Source: Terriglobia bacterium (GTDB taxonomy: Bacteria > Acidobacteriota > Terriglobia > Versatilivoradales > Versatilivoraceae). From it: 64,000 bases of DNA. Shown here piece after piece: positions 18,789-29,232 of this stretch; position 1 is the first letter of the stretch, and each line of letters opens with the position of its first letter. The notes beneath the pieces are model-generated. The model was not told the origin of the DNA. It worked only from the letters and a program-made list of their open reading frames with translations, and ran no database searches. The DNA lies in assembly GCA_965215235.1 (NCBI GenBank), contig OZ244053.1:3431192-3495191 (forward strand), read 5' to 3'. The position numbers and the translations under genes were made by a program.

Positions 18789-19562
18789 TCAGCCAAGAAT
18801 TTCTTTGAAGCCGGACAGCGATTCGGACAGCATCTTGCGCTTGAGGTTGACGTCGACACCCACAAAGAAGAGTCGGACACCCAGCTTCCGGTAAAGAGCA
18901 GCCTGTTGGGGGCGCCCTCCTCCCATCGCCAGGATTTTGCCACTCCGGTGAGCCGCCGTCAGCACCCGCTCAATTTTCGGAGCCAGGACCTGCTTGGCCT
19001 CCGGGCCGAAGAGGCCCAGGCTGACCGACCAATCCATTTCGCCCACAGTCACCAAGTCAATCCCCTCAACCTTGAGAATGTCATCCAAGGCCTCGTAGCC
19101 TTCATCACTTTCGATCATGACCATGAGGGAGGTTCTCTCATTGGCCTCTCTCAGTGCGCGCTGTGGGTCCGTCCCAAGAGCGAAACGGGTCCCGGCAGAG
19201 GATGTCGATACCCCCCGTTCGCCAAGAGGGGGGAACTTGCCCAACTGCACCAGCCGTGAGGCCTGGGCAGCATTCTTGACGTCGGGCAGAGTTAAAATTT
19301 CAATGCCTCCATCGAGAAGACACTGCACATGTGTCCGTGACAACTCAGGAATGCGCACTAAGGGAACCATCCCCAGATGAGAAATGGTTCGACCGAGCCT
19401 CAGCACTTCCGCAGTCGATTGCGGACTGTGCTCCAGATCGAGAAAGATCACCGAATAGCCGATCTGGGCCATCAACTCCAGCTCGGTCATGGTGGTATCA
19501 CGGCAGATCACGCCGTAGAGAACATCATGTGTTTTCAGCAACTCGCGAAAACGACCGCTCAT
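18789..19562 (-). CDS. HpcH/HpaI-family aldolase (2-keto-3-deoxy-acid aldolase-like)
   Basis: GYSVIFLDLEHSPQS and the overall length match the HpcH/HpaI/citrate-lyase beta fold. Confidence 0.7.
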   Translation of the reverse strand: MSGRFRELLKTHDVLYGVICRDTTMTELELMAQIGYSVIFLDLEHSPQSTAEVLRLGRTISHLGMVPLVRIPELSRTHVQCLLDGGIEILTLPDVKNAAQASRLVQLGKFPPLGERGVSTSSAGTRFALGTDPQRALREANERTSLMVMIESDEGYEALDDILKVEGIDLVTVGEMDWSVSLGLFGPEAKQVLAPKIERVLTAAHRSGKILAMGGGRPQQAALYRKLGVRLFFVGVDVNLKRKMLSESLSGFKEILG

Positions 19563-19877
19563 AGAATCCCTCCTCCCAGGAGACTGTTCGAGTAACGGAT
19601 TGCGTCTCCGGATGTGGACCGGATGCCAAGGACTCCCCCATCAAAAAACCTCCTCGACCCACCCAGGTCCGAGATGACTCAGACAGGCTCCTGGATTACC
19701 CAAGTCTCATCAGCCTGAAGTGAACCTTGCAATCCCACCGGGGGATAGCGTAGAGTCCAACCAGCCGCGGTGTTTCGAGCCGAAAACAGATTGCGGTGAT
19801 CGACGCGACCGGAAAACAGGAATGATCGGAGACGAGGGGTCGATCGACCACCCTCGTCAGCATCGAAAGGACCCAGC

Positions 19878-20663
19878 ATGTTTCAACTTTCCGTCTGTGA
19901 AGGTACTGTCTTTCCGGACCTTCCCTTCGAACAAAGGGTCCGTGAAATCGCTGGCGCCGGATTCTCCGTGGAACTCTGGGGCTGGGAAGACCAGGCCCTC
20001 GATGCGATTGCCGCTGACCCTACCATCCAAATCGCTTCCATGCCCGGCTGGGGCGCCGGCAGCATGGTTCACCCCGATGGGGTCAACACTTTTCTTGATG
20101 GCGCCAAGAGCAATCTATCCGTGGCCCAAAGACTCGGATGCAAGAACCTGGCCATCGCAACCGGCGAGCTCAACCGAAAAGGCCAAGTGGTCCATGCCAT
20201 TGCCGAGCATCCCGCGGACATCTGGATCACCGCCTATCGATGCTTGGGTGAGTTGGCGGAAATGGCTGAAAAGCAGGACATTTTCTACAACTTCGAAGTA
20301 CTCAACACCAAGGTGGATCACGCCCGTTATCCCTTTCCCAAACTGGAAGACGGGGCCCGACTGATCCGTCAAGTGGGCAGTCCACGAGTGCGACTTCTCG
20401 TCGATGTGTACCACGCCCAGGTGGAAGAAGGCAACATCATTCAAGGAATTCGAGATTATCAGGACCTCATCGGACACGTGCACGTGGCAGACGTCCCAGG
20501 ACGCCACGAGCCGGGCACGGGAGAAATTCACTACCCCCGCGTGGCCGCCGCCCTTCGGGAGATCGGCTATAGCGGTACGGTGGGATTGGAAGCGTTTCCG
20601 GAGAGCGACGACCGTCTTGCCCTGGAGCGCTTCCGCCAAGTGTTTTCAGAAGCTGCGTCTTGA
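19878..20663 (+). CDS. Hydroxypyruvate isomerase-like TIM-barrel sugar phosphate isomerase/epimerase
   Basis: MFQLSVCEGTVFPDLPFEQRVREIAGAGFSVELWGW parallels the Hyi N-terminus. Confidence 0.7.
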   Translation: MFQLSVCEGTVFPDLPFEQRVREIAGAGFSVELWGWEDQALDAIAADPTIQIASMPGWGAGSMVHPDGVNTFLDGAKSNLSVAQRLGCKNLAIATGELNRKGQVVHAIAEHPADIWITAYRCLGELAEMAEKQDIFYNFEVLNTKVDHARYPFPKLEDGARLIRQVGSPRVRLLVDVYHAQVEEGNIIQGIRDYQDLIGHVHVADVPGRHEPGTGEIHYPRVAAALREIGYSGTVGLEAFPESDDRLALERFRQVFSEAAS

Positions 20664-20957
20664 CCACCGGACCTGTCACTCATCTGGAACAGGTCCCTCC
20701 TCCCAGGGACTCCCAAAAGATCCCGGAAGTGTTCCACTCCCGATGCCCGTCGTTATTGACTCGGTTCTTAGACCTGTCCTCATCGCAGGTTTCGGGTCTT
20801 GCCCGTCTCAAAGTCGCCCCCCTGGTTCTCAGCATCGAGGACACTGCTCCTCGACTCGCTGCATCGAGTGGATCGGTGTGCTCTCCTTTAACCGAGCCCG
20901 GTCCCCTTTTACAGGTTTACCCGAACCCACCAGCGTCCAGAAGACGCACCCGACACC

Positions 20958-21662
20958 TCAACTCGCCCGATAGCCTGAAGGCTCCAGCACGACCAGGGTT
21001 GGTCTGTCCGCCGAGAAACGGGGAGGAGGCAGTGGCACGGTATGATGACGCACGTGGAACAAGGGGTCTCTTGGGCGCCGTTTCAAGAAGACTTCAACGG
21101 GAGTCATCCCACCGTCAATGGGAGGGAGATAGTAGTGCATGGGCAGGACCCACTTGGGCTTGAGAATGCCGATGATCGGGTCCAGTTCGTCGAGGGTAAG
21201 CGTGAGTTTCTGGCCCACGATGGCCAATAAGACATCACAGCGACCGACAAACGGGGTCAGATCATCGGCACTCAGTCCATAGCCCAGGTCTCCCATGTGA
21301 AGGATCCAAAGGTCTTCGGCCTTAAAGGCATACAAGGCGTTGTCGTCGGCTCCTTCGGGATGATCCGGGGCCTCCGCCGCCTTGACCGTCACGACGAGCG
21401 CCCCATTGATTGTTGCCTGACTGCGTCCTTCCGCCACATCCAGGGCGTTGATCACCGGGGGATTACCCTCAACCAACCGGATACAGGAGTGCCCCTTGTC
21501 GGTGAGAGAACTGACGATGACCTGGTCGGCTTGGAGGAACGGGACATCCGGCCCTCCCAGACCCACAGCGGAAGGAGTATAAGGGTCCATCACCAGTGCA
21601 GGCCGGTCGTCCCGCCACAGTCTGAAGCATGCCAGTCCAACCCACTCGATTGCGAGAGACAC
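20958..21662 (-). CDS. MBL-fold metallo-hydrolase; probable GTG start, translationally coupled to the upstream isomerase
   Basis: The GTG at 21660-21662 is preceded by GGAGGA at a 6-nt spacing and lies 2 nt after the upstream gene's TGA. Internal HMGDLGYGL-type metal motif. Confidence 0.55.
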   Translation of the reverse strand: MSLAIEWVGLACFRLWRDDRPALVMDPYTPSAVGLGGPDVPFLQADQVIVSSLTDKGHSCIRLVEGNPPVINALDVAEGRSQATINGALVVTVKAAEAPDHPEGADDNALYAFKAEDLWILHMGDLGYGLSADDLTPFVGRCDVLLAIVGQKLTLTLDELDPIIGILKPKWVLPMHYYLPPIDGGMTPVEVFLKRRPRDPLFHVRHHTVPLPPPRFSADRPTLVVLEPSGYRAS

Positions 21663-21664
21663 CC

Positions 21665-22672
21665 TCAGTCCTCCTTCCACAAACTGCCGGCATCGCTCAT
21701 CCCAGCCAGCTCCCACCACTTCGGTCCAGGATCCTTTTCCAGCACGATTGGCTTGAGGAAATCAACCGACTTCTTCAAACCTTCCTCGACATTGAGATAT
21801 TCACACTCCATCTCGATCGAAAGAACGTGGTTGTAACCCACAAATTGCAAAGCCGTCACGAATTCTTTCCAGGCAGACTCACCGTGGCCCCAACCCGGAA
21901 TGGTGAAATTCCAGGGCCGTTGATCGGGGTGTTCCACCGAAGCAGAGTCGTTGAAGCCCCGCAGTCGGACATTGTGGGTCTGGATATGGGTATCTTTGGC
22001 ATGGACGTGCTGGACCAAGCCCCCGAGATACCGCACTGCCTCGCAGGGATCGATGCTCTGAAACCACATGTGTGAAATATCAAAGTTGCAGGCCACCACC
22101 GGTCCGACTTCCTGGTTGAGCCTCTTGAGGGTCACCGGGTTATGGATCAGGTCTCCACCATGCATCTCAAAGCACAGGGTAACCCCGTGATCGCCGGCGA
22201 TTTTCCCATGCTCCCGCCAATAGGGGATCAAACGTTTCTCCCACTGCCACTCCACCGTATCACGCAAAAAAGGGAGGTCGGCAAAAGTGACCCAGACCGG
22301 GGTTCGATCGCCTTCCGCACCCTCGGGCAGTCCGGCCAGCAGGGTCATCCGGCGGATGCCCGCCCACTCCATGAGCTGGCAGGTTTGTCGGAACTGTCGG
22401 GAATATTCGCGGGAGATCTCCTTGTCGGGCATCAGCGGCGCCCCGTGTCCGATGAGAGCGCTGATCTCAAGATCGTTGCGGGCAAAGGCCTCGAGCCAGC
22501 GGGGAATCTCATCCCGATGGGCCACCAACCGTTCACGGTCGCAGTACTTCTTGTTACTGGCCAGGCCACAGGCGCCTACCTCGACGGCTCTGAGCCCCAG
22601 GTCGTGGGCATAGCGCAAGCCAGCCTCGAACTCAAACTGCATCAGATTCGATGAAATGACCCCAAGCTTCAT
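21665..22672 (-). CDS. Xylose-isomerase-like TIM-barrel sugar phosphate isomerase/epimerase
   Basis: MKLGVISSNLMQFEFEAGLRYAHDLGLRAVEV N-terminus. Confidence 0.75.
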   Translation of the reverse strand: MKLGVISSNLMQFEFEAGLRYAHDLGLRAVEVGACGLASNKKYCDRERLVAHRDEIPRWLEAFARNDLEISALIGHGAPLMPDKEISREYSRQFRQTCQLMEWAGIRRMTLLAGLPEGAEGDRTPVWVTFADLPFLRDTVEWQWEKRLIPYWREHGKIAGDHGVTLCFEMHGGDLIHNPVTLKRLNQEVGPVVACNFDISHMWFQSIDPCEAVRYLGGLVQHVHAKDTHIQTHNVRLRGFNDSASVEHPDQRPWNFTIPGWGHGESAWKEFVTALQFVGYNHVLSIEMECEYLNVEEGLKKSVDFLKPIVLEKDPGPKWWELAGMSDAGSLWKED

Positions 22673-22709
22673 AGCGTCCTCCGAATCCTACGGCAATAGT
22701 CCACTACCC

Positions 22710-24224
22710 TCACCGGCCTTCCTGCGTCTCAAGGGAAGGAGTTGTGCGATTCACAAAACGCAGTAGTCTGGCCAGTACAAAGCAAAGGGCCAAGAACAAG
22801 GCCAGCACCACGTAGCCTCGAAATTGATCATAGTCCCATAGCGCCTTGAGACCAAAGTAGGAGAGGGCAATACCAGAGGCAATGTTGAGGAAGACCAGCC
22901 AGCCTCCCATGCGCAATCGAATTGGCAGGAAACGCCGATCCACCCACAGATTGGCCAGCGCATAAAACCCACAGGATAAGACTCCCGTGTAGATGCCGGC
23001 CGGCGTCACGATATCCAACAATCGAACATCCGGATAGAATCGGCTCCACCAGAGAATCAGCGTACCGCCGCCCAAGGCCCAGACAATCCAGGCGGTCCTC
23101 ACCCCCCGCAAAGGCAGTCTGTTTTGGAAGCGTGGCAGTGATTTGAAGTATTCGAAAAAGACTCGATAGGTAAGTTCCGGGCCCCCATACAAGATTCCAA
23201 AGAAAGCCAGAAAGACAGCCAGATGGTAGAGGGGTAGCAGCCAAGGGTGAAGGGTGGTTAAGAAAGCCGCCTGGTAGGTCAACATGTGGAGCCCTTCCGG
23301 CACCTGCTGATCCGGTCGTAAAATGATCGCCCCGAGAACGGCAAAGCAGGCTCCAATGAAAACGACCATGAAAAAGCTGGCGCTGGTATCGACCAGGGCC
23401 GCCCTGACCCAGAGGCGCGCCGGGTGATCCTTTCGTGCAGCAATCCCCTCGAGTTGCTCCGGTGTCGCCGTCCCGAGGTGGCTCCAACCCCACTTCTTCT
23501 CCCGCAAGAAAGAAAGATATCCCAGATAGTCGTAACTCTGCCCTCCGATGGCTGAGGAATAGACCACCACCTCTACCCACACCGACCGGTCCCTCATCTG
23601 AGGCATCATTGAATATAACCAATCGGGGTAGCTGAGAGTTTGTGGAAAGAAACCTTTGAGCACCTGCCACCAGGAAGGCGCCACATAGAACACGGCAATG
23701 ATGATGGAGAACACCATCAGCCCCAGAATGATGGTTTGGGCTTTTTCCAGAAAGTCATACCCTCCGAACGACAAGAGGGCCATAGCCCCAAAAACCGAAA
23801 CGGTGGCCCAGATATATTGGTCCCCGACACCAGTTATGGCGGTGCAGATCTGACCTGTCAGCCCACTCAGAAATGAAAACCACAGCGGTGTCGCCAAGCC
23901 AACAATCAAGATCAGAAAGAGAGGAAACCAGCCACTGGGTCCGGGAATCTTACGCCATCTCTCGAGGGGGTGCCCCCCGCTGAGAATCATGTGGCGAATG
24001 CTGGTGTACACAAAGATCCATTTCAAAAAAGCTATGAACAGAATGACCCACAGAATCTTGAACCCAAAAATGGCGCCCCCGCGAGAAGGAAACAGAATTT
24101 CTCCACTGCCAACCGTTACCGATGCCAGGATGGCTCCGGGGCCAAAGAATCGAATCCATTGCAGGGGATTGGTTGAAATCAGGGCTCGCGGCGGTGTCTG
24201 AAGTTGTGGCTCAGCGTTATTCAT
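22710..24224 (-). CDS. Nramp-family divalent metal transporter (MntH-like)
   Basis: FFGPGAILASVTVGSGEILFPSRGG resembles the Nramp N-terminal motif; about 11 TM helices. Confidence 0.7.
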   Translation of the reverse strand: MNNAEPQLQTPPRALISTNPLQWIRFFGPGAILASVTVGSGEILFPSRGGAIFGFKILWVILFIAFLKWIFVYTSIRHMILSGGHPLERWRKIPGPSGWFPLFLILIVGLATPLWFSFLSGLTGQICTAITGVGDQYIWATVSVFGAMALLSFGGYDFLEKAQTIILGLMVFSIIIAVFYVAPSWWQVLKGFFPQTLSYPDWLYSMMPQMRDRSVWVEVVVYSSAIGGQSYDYLGYLSFLREKKWGWSHLGTATPEQLEGIAARKDHPARLWVRAALVDTSASFFMVVFIGACFAVLGAIILRPDQQVPEGLHMLTYQAAFLTTLHPWLLPLYHLAVFLAFFGILYGGPELTYRVFFEYFKSLPRFQNRLPLRGVRTAWIVWALGGGTLILWWSRFYPDVRLLDIVTPAGIYTGVLSCGFYALANLWVDRRFLPIRLRMGGWLVFLNIASGIALSYFGLKALWDYDQFRGYVVLALFLALCFVLARLLRFVNRTTPSLETQEGR

Positions 24225-24413
24225 TCCAAGTGTTTTCTTTTGGATCGAAGCCACCTGTCTCAAGGTCGTCGATCTGAATCATCAGCCCGCTGCCGGTCCG
24301 GGTTGACTGACCTTGCGGGCGACCATGGTGTCACACTGCCCCGGGATTGGCAATTATTATCCCCTTTCTCCTGGCAGGCTCAGGGCGCTCTGGCCGTTCT
24401 GCCTGCACTCCGG

Positions 24414-25235
24414 TCATCTGGCCATGGCCGGATCGACAATCCAACCTTCATCGGGGTTGCAACAGAGAGGAATCCCAAAGGAAAACCTCCGCCGAGAGTA
24501 AGCCCAGGCAGCTTGCAGGGCGCAAAGCACGGCATCCAGTTTGTCGCCCCGATCGTCCTGAATACACTCGTCCGCAATACCCGGGTTCAGTCCAAAGCCT
24601 AAACCATAGGGAGACCGGGCCTCCTGTGAACCGAGTTGCTGCAGCAGCCGGCGTCTCAGCATTGGGCCCTCCGAAGCCGGCCTGTGGTGGTCTTTGTAGC
24701 GCCCTCGCCCAAGATACTTTCTGGCAACCAGCGCCGGGTAACCTTCGATCGCAATCTGCGAGCGGCTGTTGGGGCGACACGGGACGACACTCAGATTGGA
24801 GCGCAGAAGGCGAGGGGATCCTTCGAAGAACATCCGAGCCAGGGGAACTCCGTACCACATCATTGGGCTCAGCGCATTGGCCCGGCGATCGGTGGCTCTC
24901 AGGAGTTGCTTACTTCCCCAGGGATGCTCTCTACGATACTTTTCAAGAATGACCCTGAAATCTTCACGTTTCATGGACCCAACCAGCCCGACATAATCCT
25001 TCCAGGCAAGAGGCCACGACAGTTCCTTGACCATGAGTTCGGGCTGTCCAAAAGGGAAATCCAGAGCAGCAATCCATTGGCCTCCCGAGGTGAGGAAGCT
25101 TTCGAATTCTTGGAATGAAGGCAGTTGGTCGAGGCGAGTGATGCACAGGGAGTGGCGGACGACTTCACCCTCCGCCAAGGTGATCGGTTTCTCAGGGCCG
25201 GGGGAACTCGTAAAGTCGAGACCAAAAATTTTCAT
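24414..25235 (-). CDS. DUF429-like protein (predicted RNase H-like fold)
   Basis: MKIFGLDFTSSPG... is the typical DUF429 N-terminus. Confidence 0.5.
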   Translation of the reverse strand: MKIFGLDFTSSPGPEKPITLAEGEVVRHSLCITRLDQLPSFQEFESFLTSGGQWIAALDFPFGQPELMVKELSWPLAWKDYVGLVGSMKREDFRVILEKYRREHPWGSKQLLRATDRRANALSPMMWYGVPLARMFFEGSPRLLRSNLSVVPCRPNSRSQIAIEGYPALVARKYLGRGRYKDHHRPASEGPMLRRRLLQQLGSQEARSPYGLGFGLNPGIADECIQDDRGDKLDAVLCALQAAWAYSRRRFSFGIPLCCNPDEGWIVDPAMAR

Positions 25236-25448
25236 GGGGATAAGGCAGGAGATCCGAGGGCAATAGGGCCAGAGAAACGGCCTGCTCAATTCGGAAGACT
25301 GATCCTATGATCGGTTCCGGCGGCGCCGACACGGGTTACCGACTTCTGCTCGGGTCCGAGCACAACAGGATCAACCGGCTACAGATAGCGATCGCCCCCA
25401 TACCGGCAAGTGACAGCCAGTGCCCAATATCGGATGAGGGTCAAGGCT

Positions 25449-26459
25449 TCAGGGCCTGATTCGAACTTTCGCCAGGTAGATGCTGGTCTTGCCTTGGTGG
25501 GAGGAGTAGTAACTGATCCACAGCAGATCATCGTGCCAGACCATGCCGGGATAGCTGGTGTCGCCGCCACTGGGTAATGTCAGCACTGGCTCGAAGCTAT
25601 CCGTAGTCATCTTGGCCAGGGTTGTCTTGCCATTCAGTCTGCTGCTAGCCCACAAACTTCCATCGGGAATTCGAATAAAGTTGGGTCCACCGATATTGTG
25701 TTCTATCTTGAGGAATTGCCATTTCTTATAGGGTGGTCGGCTCCTGCCGACATAGTGCGGCCGAATCAAGGCTACCATTTCACCGTCTGGCATGACTCGC
25801 AAGGTGGTTTCACTGACTCCTTTGATCTTGAACTCGGTCAACCAATGCCAATTCAGGCCATCGCGGGTCCAGTACAAAAACCCGCGGCGGGGATTTGGAG
25901 TTTCACCCATCTTGGAAAGACTGTAGGCTTTGCCTTGATGCCAGGTGGCTCTCCACAACCAATGGTCTTCAGCCAGCAGCCGTTGAGTGGGAGTCCAAGT
26001 GTGGCCATCCCGGGAGAAGGCGACCCGCGGTGCCCGAGTGACATAACCCCATTGCTCCTCTTTGCGGGGATCATCGATAATCCCGCCGGCCAACAGCATC
26101 AGGCGGCCATCCTCCATAACCGAAAGCTTGGGATCGCGCAGGTCCACACCTTTTTCGCTCAACAAGGCTGCCGACTTCCAACTCTCACCATCCCTGGAAA
26201 CGATGATTCGAATCTGACCGCTTCTGCCGGCTTTCCCCTCGGGCATCACCTCTCTGGTCGGCCGGCTCCCATGAAAGTCTGCCTCACGAAACGTGCAGTA
26301 CCATTGATTCCGGAAACGAATCAGGTCGGTGAAGGCATTGTGAGGCGCTCGATCCCAGATTTTTGTCACTGAGATGACCCCGGGCGTTGCGCCCCATAGA
26401 GACAGGCATGACCCGGCCACGAGTCCAGCAATGAACAACACCTTTGTTGCAGGTCGCAT
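25449..26459 (-). CDS. Secreted BNR/Asp-box repeat protein (exo-alpha-sialidase-like glycosidase fold)
   Basis: Signal peptide; Asp-box-like SRDGESW, SRDGHTW, TRDGLNW repeats. Confidence 0.65.
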   Translation of the reverse strand: MRPATKVLFIAGLVAGSCLSLWGATPGVISVTKIWDRAPHNAFTDLIRFRNQWYCTFREADFHGSRPTREVMPEGKAGRSGQIRIIVSRDGESWKSAALLSEKGVDLRDPKLSVMEDGRLMLLAGGIIDDPRKEEQWGYVTRAPRVAFSRDGHTWTPTQRLLAEDHWLWRATWHQGKAYSLSKMGETPNPRRGFLYWTRDGLNWHWLTEFKIKGVSETTLRVMPDGEMVALIRPHYVGRSRPPYKKWQFLKIEHNIGGPNFIRIPDGSLWASSRLNGKTTLAKMTTDSFEPVLTLPSGGDTSYPGMVWHDDLLWISYYSSHQGKTSIYLAKVRIRP

Positions 26460-26532
26460 AATTCCCCCCCCTTGATTCAAGACCCATCGGGCGCCCACGT
26501 TCTCCGCTTCAATGAACAACCCGGACACAAGG

Positions 26533-27099
26533 CTAATCCAGGACTTCCTGCCAGAGACGATAATGTCTTCGTTGCAGGTATTCAAGGTCTCTTTTGACCA
26601 GGTTTAATCCATAGACGCACTGTTCAAAGCCGTCGGCCAATCTTCGGAACAGTGACGCCTCCTTACGATACTCGAAGACGTTAAAGGCCGACACAATCCC
26701 GTAGGATTCCTTGCCGGCCTTGACGTAGTCGACAAAAACATCCAGAGACAGCCGGCGGAGTCGAGGCAGGTTCTGTAACCTTTCCGGAAAGATTCCTGCA
26801 AAGAAGAGCGTATAGTCGCCAATGTGCCGCCGGACCTCTCGCTCGCGATCAAAAGAACGACCTTCCAGTAGCGGATTGGATTCCAAAAGCATCTCTCCCA
26901 CATCTTCCAGCATCCGTCCGCGAGCATTGCGAATCTTGTAGAGATTCTCGATGTGAGTGAACCGGATCAAAACCTCCGAGACATACAGGCACGCCTCAGC
27001 ATCGCAAACACCCGCATCCCGGCAAAAACGTGTCCGGACCAGATGCCGAAAAAGTTGACTAAGAGGATGACTCGACGGGATTGCAATGCCGGTTCTCAT
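26533..27099 (-). CDS. Hypothetical protein
   Basis: 188-aa ORF with no recognisable motif; coding-like composition. Confidence 0.4.
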   Translation of the reverse strand: MRTGIAIPSSHPLSQLFRHLVRTRFCRDAGVCDAEACLYVSEVLIRFTHIENLYKIRNARGRMLEDVGEMLLESNPLLEGRSFDREREVRRHIGDYTLFFAGIFPERLQNLPRLRRLSLDVFVDYVKAGKESYGIVSAFNVFEYRKEASLFRRLADGFEQCVYGLNLVKRDLEYLQRRHYRLWQEVLD

Positions 27100-27580
27100 T
27101 TCCGTCCGGGACCAGATGCTGCAACCTCAGCCACCGGGATCTCTTGATGCCGCCGAAGATGAAGGCTGGAGAACCGTTCCATACCCGCTGGAGCGTTCCG
27201 CACCTTCGCCCCGAGCATTCTACGTCTGCGGACGCGGTTTTTTCAACAGCGGCCTGAGAGTTGGAGTTGGCCAGTCCGTCGAAACGCCCACAAAGGAATC
27301 CATCGAGGACGTCACGTCCCAAAATTGCAGGTCTCAGGCGCGACGCGTCTGTCTGGTGTCATGCGACTTGTGACCCGATTAGAATGCAGCCAGTCTCTTG
27401 GTTGGAAGCCAAAGAAAGTTGGCAAATCCGTGTCAAGATGATTAGGATATCGTTGAAGAACTTTCCTGATAACGGCGGAATGCCAGCCGCCGGGCATCGA
27501 CTGGAGTTGAAGTCCTTTCCGCTCGATTGCTTCAGCGTGATGAAAAGCAGAGAAGTCGGTTTCGTCTCCCAAACTGATCC

Positions 27581-28309
27581 ATGACTAAACTCAGTGTCAA
27601 CCTGAATAAATTCGCTCTGCTGAGGAACTCGCGAGACAAAGACTCGCCTAATCTGGTCACCATGGCACGGCGCTGTATAAAAACAGGGGTCCACGGCATC
27701 ACCGTACATCCCCGCCCGGATCAGCGTCACACCAGACGCCAGGATGTGCATGATCTGGCAGCCGTTACGGGTGAGGGCTCGGTAGAGTTCAATGTTGAGG
27801 GGAATCCAATTCCCTCTTTCTTGGAGTTGGTCAAGAAAACCCGGCCGACCCAGTGCACATTGGTCCCTGATTCTCCCCAACAGTTAACCTCCGATCACGG
27901 GTGGAACCTGAGTCGGGATGGAGATCGCCTTAAACCCATTATCCTGGACCTCCAACAGGCAGGAATTCGCGTGAGCATCTTCCTGGACCCGGATCCAGCC
28001 CAGGTGGGTCGGGCTCCGTCGACCGGCGCAGAGCGCATCGAGCTTTACACCGAGGCTTACGCCGACGCTTTCGGGGGAGACTCCCAAGAGGAAGTATTCC
28101 AAAGATACCGAACGGCTGCGCTCCATGCCCACCAGCTCGGCTTGGGTGTCAATGCAGGCCACGACTTGAATCTTGAGAACCTTCGCCTCTTCCTCACCAT
28201 TCCGGGAATCCTTGAGGTGTCCATTGGCCATGCTATCGCCGTGGATTCCCTCGACTACGGTCTGGAAGGTTGCCTCAACAGATATCTCGAGATCGTTCAG
28301 ACGACCTGA
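27581..28309 (+). CDS. pdxJ: Pyridoxine 5'-phosphate synthase
   Basis: MTKLSVNLNKFALLRNSRD...GVHGITVHPRPDQRH is the PdxJ N-terminus; 242 aa. Confidence 0.9.
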   Translation: MTKLSVNLNKFALLRNSRDKDSPNLVTMARRCIKTGVHGITVHPRPDQRHTRRQDVHDLAAVTGEGSVEFNVEGNPIPSFLELVKKTRPTQCTLVPDSPQQLTSDHGWNLSRDGDRLKPIILDLQQAGIRVSIFLDPDPAQVGRAPSTGAERIELYTEAYADAFGGDSQEEVFQRYRTAALHAHQLGLGVNAGHDLNLENLRLFLTIPGILEVSIGHAIAVDSLDYGLEGCLNRYLEIVQTT

Positions 28310-28659
28310 TCAAGACATGCGGTATTTCCCTGTATCCTCACCCTGCTGCATCAATCCAATGCCGATGCCGGCACAAATCCTATAGACAATCGGTAACACG
28401 GAGGACATCTTTTGTTCACACGCCTCAACCGGAAAGCCAGACTATACTTGGATTTACACGACCGTGTCTCTCCCAACCCGCTCCCAGTGCGCCATTTGCC
28501 TGCTCCGATTGTGGAAAACTCAGTTTTTGTAGGGCTTCCAACGGAATTCTCTCCAAAATGACCCCTCATTGGGAACTTTTTAATTAAAGTATTCAATTTC
28601 TATAACTTAGAAGAATGGATACGTTTGTGTGCCATTTGGTCTTTGTCATTGTTTTATAA

Positions 28660-28688
28660 GGAGTTCCGGTCCCCGGAGCTCCTTTTTT
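28660..28688 (+). terminator. Rho-independent terminator (GGAGTTCCGG-tcc-CCGGAGCTCC + TTTTTT) with no obvious upstream gene
   Basis: A 10-bp GC stem with one mismatch and a 6-T run, lying 350 bp past the pdxJ stop in an AT-rich, ORF-poor 0.9-kb region. Confidence 0.6.
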
Positions 28689-29232
28689 CCACAGGATTTT
28701 CCACAAAAACTGTGAATGGCCTGCACGGCTGAGTCTTCACCAGCCGAAAGTTGCGCCATAACCGGCAACGGGCCCGGTAATTTCCACTCACAAGCGCACC
28801 GTCATGCAGGATGCAGCCCAGATCCGTCAGGTTCCGTCACACTCCACGGGAAACGGTGGTTCGCCGGCACTGACGCGGATCTGGCCACAAGGAAGACACC
28901 CCTAATTGGCGAGGCTGCGTTGACCACATTGAGTCAGATTGGGAGGGTTGATGTTGCCAGGACCTGAACTCGACTGGATGGAGACTAGAACCCTATCTCA
29001 AAATTGGAATCCCGGATTGTGTGCCTATGGGGCTACAGACCTGGCTATTTGATTTTTCAGCGTTTCCGACAACCTCTTCATGAACTGAATGCCATGGAAT
29101 ATGATTTTGAGATAGGTTCTACTAATCTTACTCGTTTCAACAGCCCACTCGGGTCTAAAATACCGAAAGGGCCTGCCGGAGGCGAGGTAAGCCCGAACCG
29201 CTAACAGGGTTATTAATCCTGAACCATCCGTT

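Noticed and set aside
28270-28587. 105-aa ORF downstream of pdxJ
   Set aside because: It has no SD, the translation is Cys/Arg/Ser-rich without motif, and it lies in the AT-rich non-coding stretch better explained as a UTR or sRNA region.
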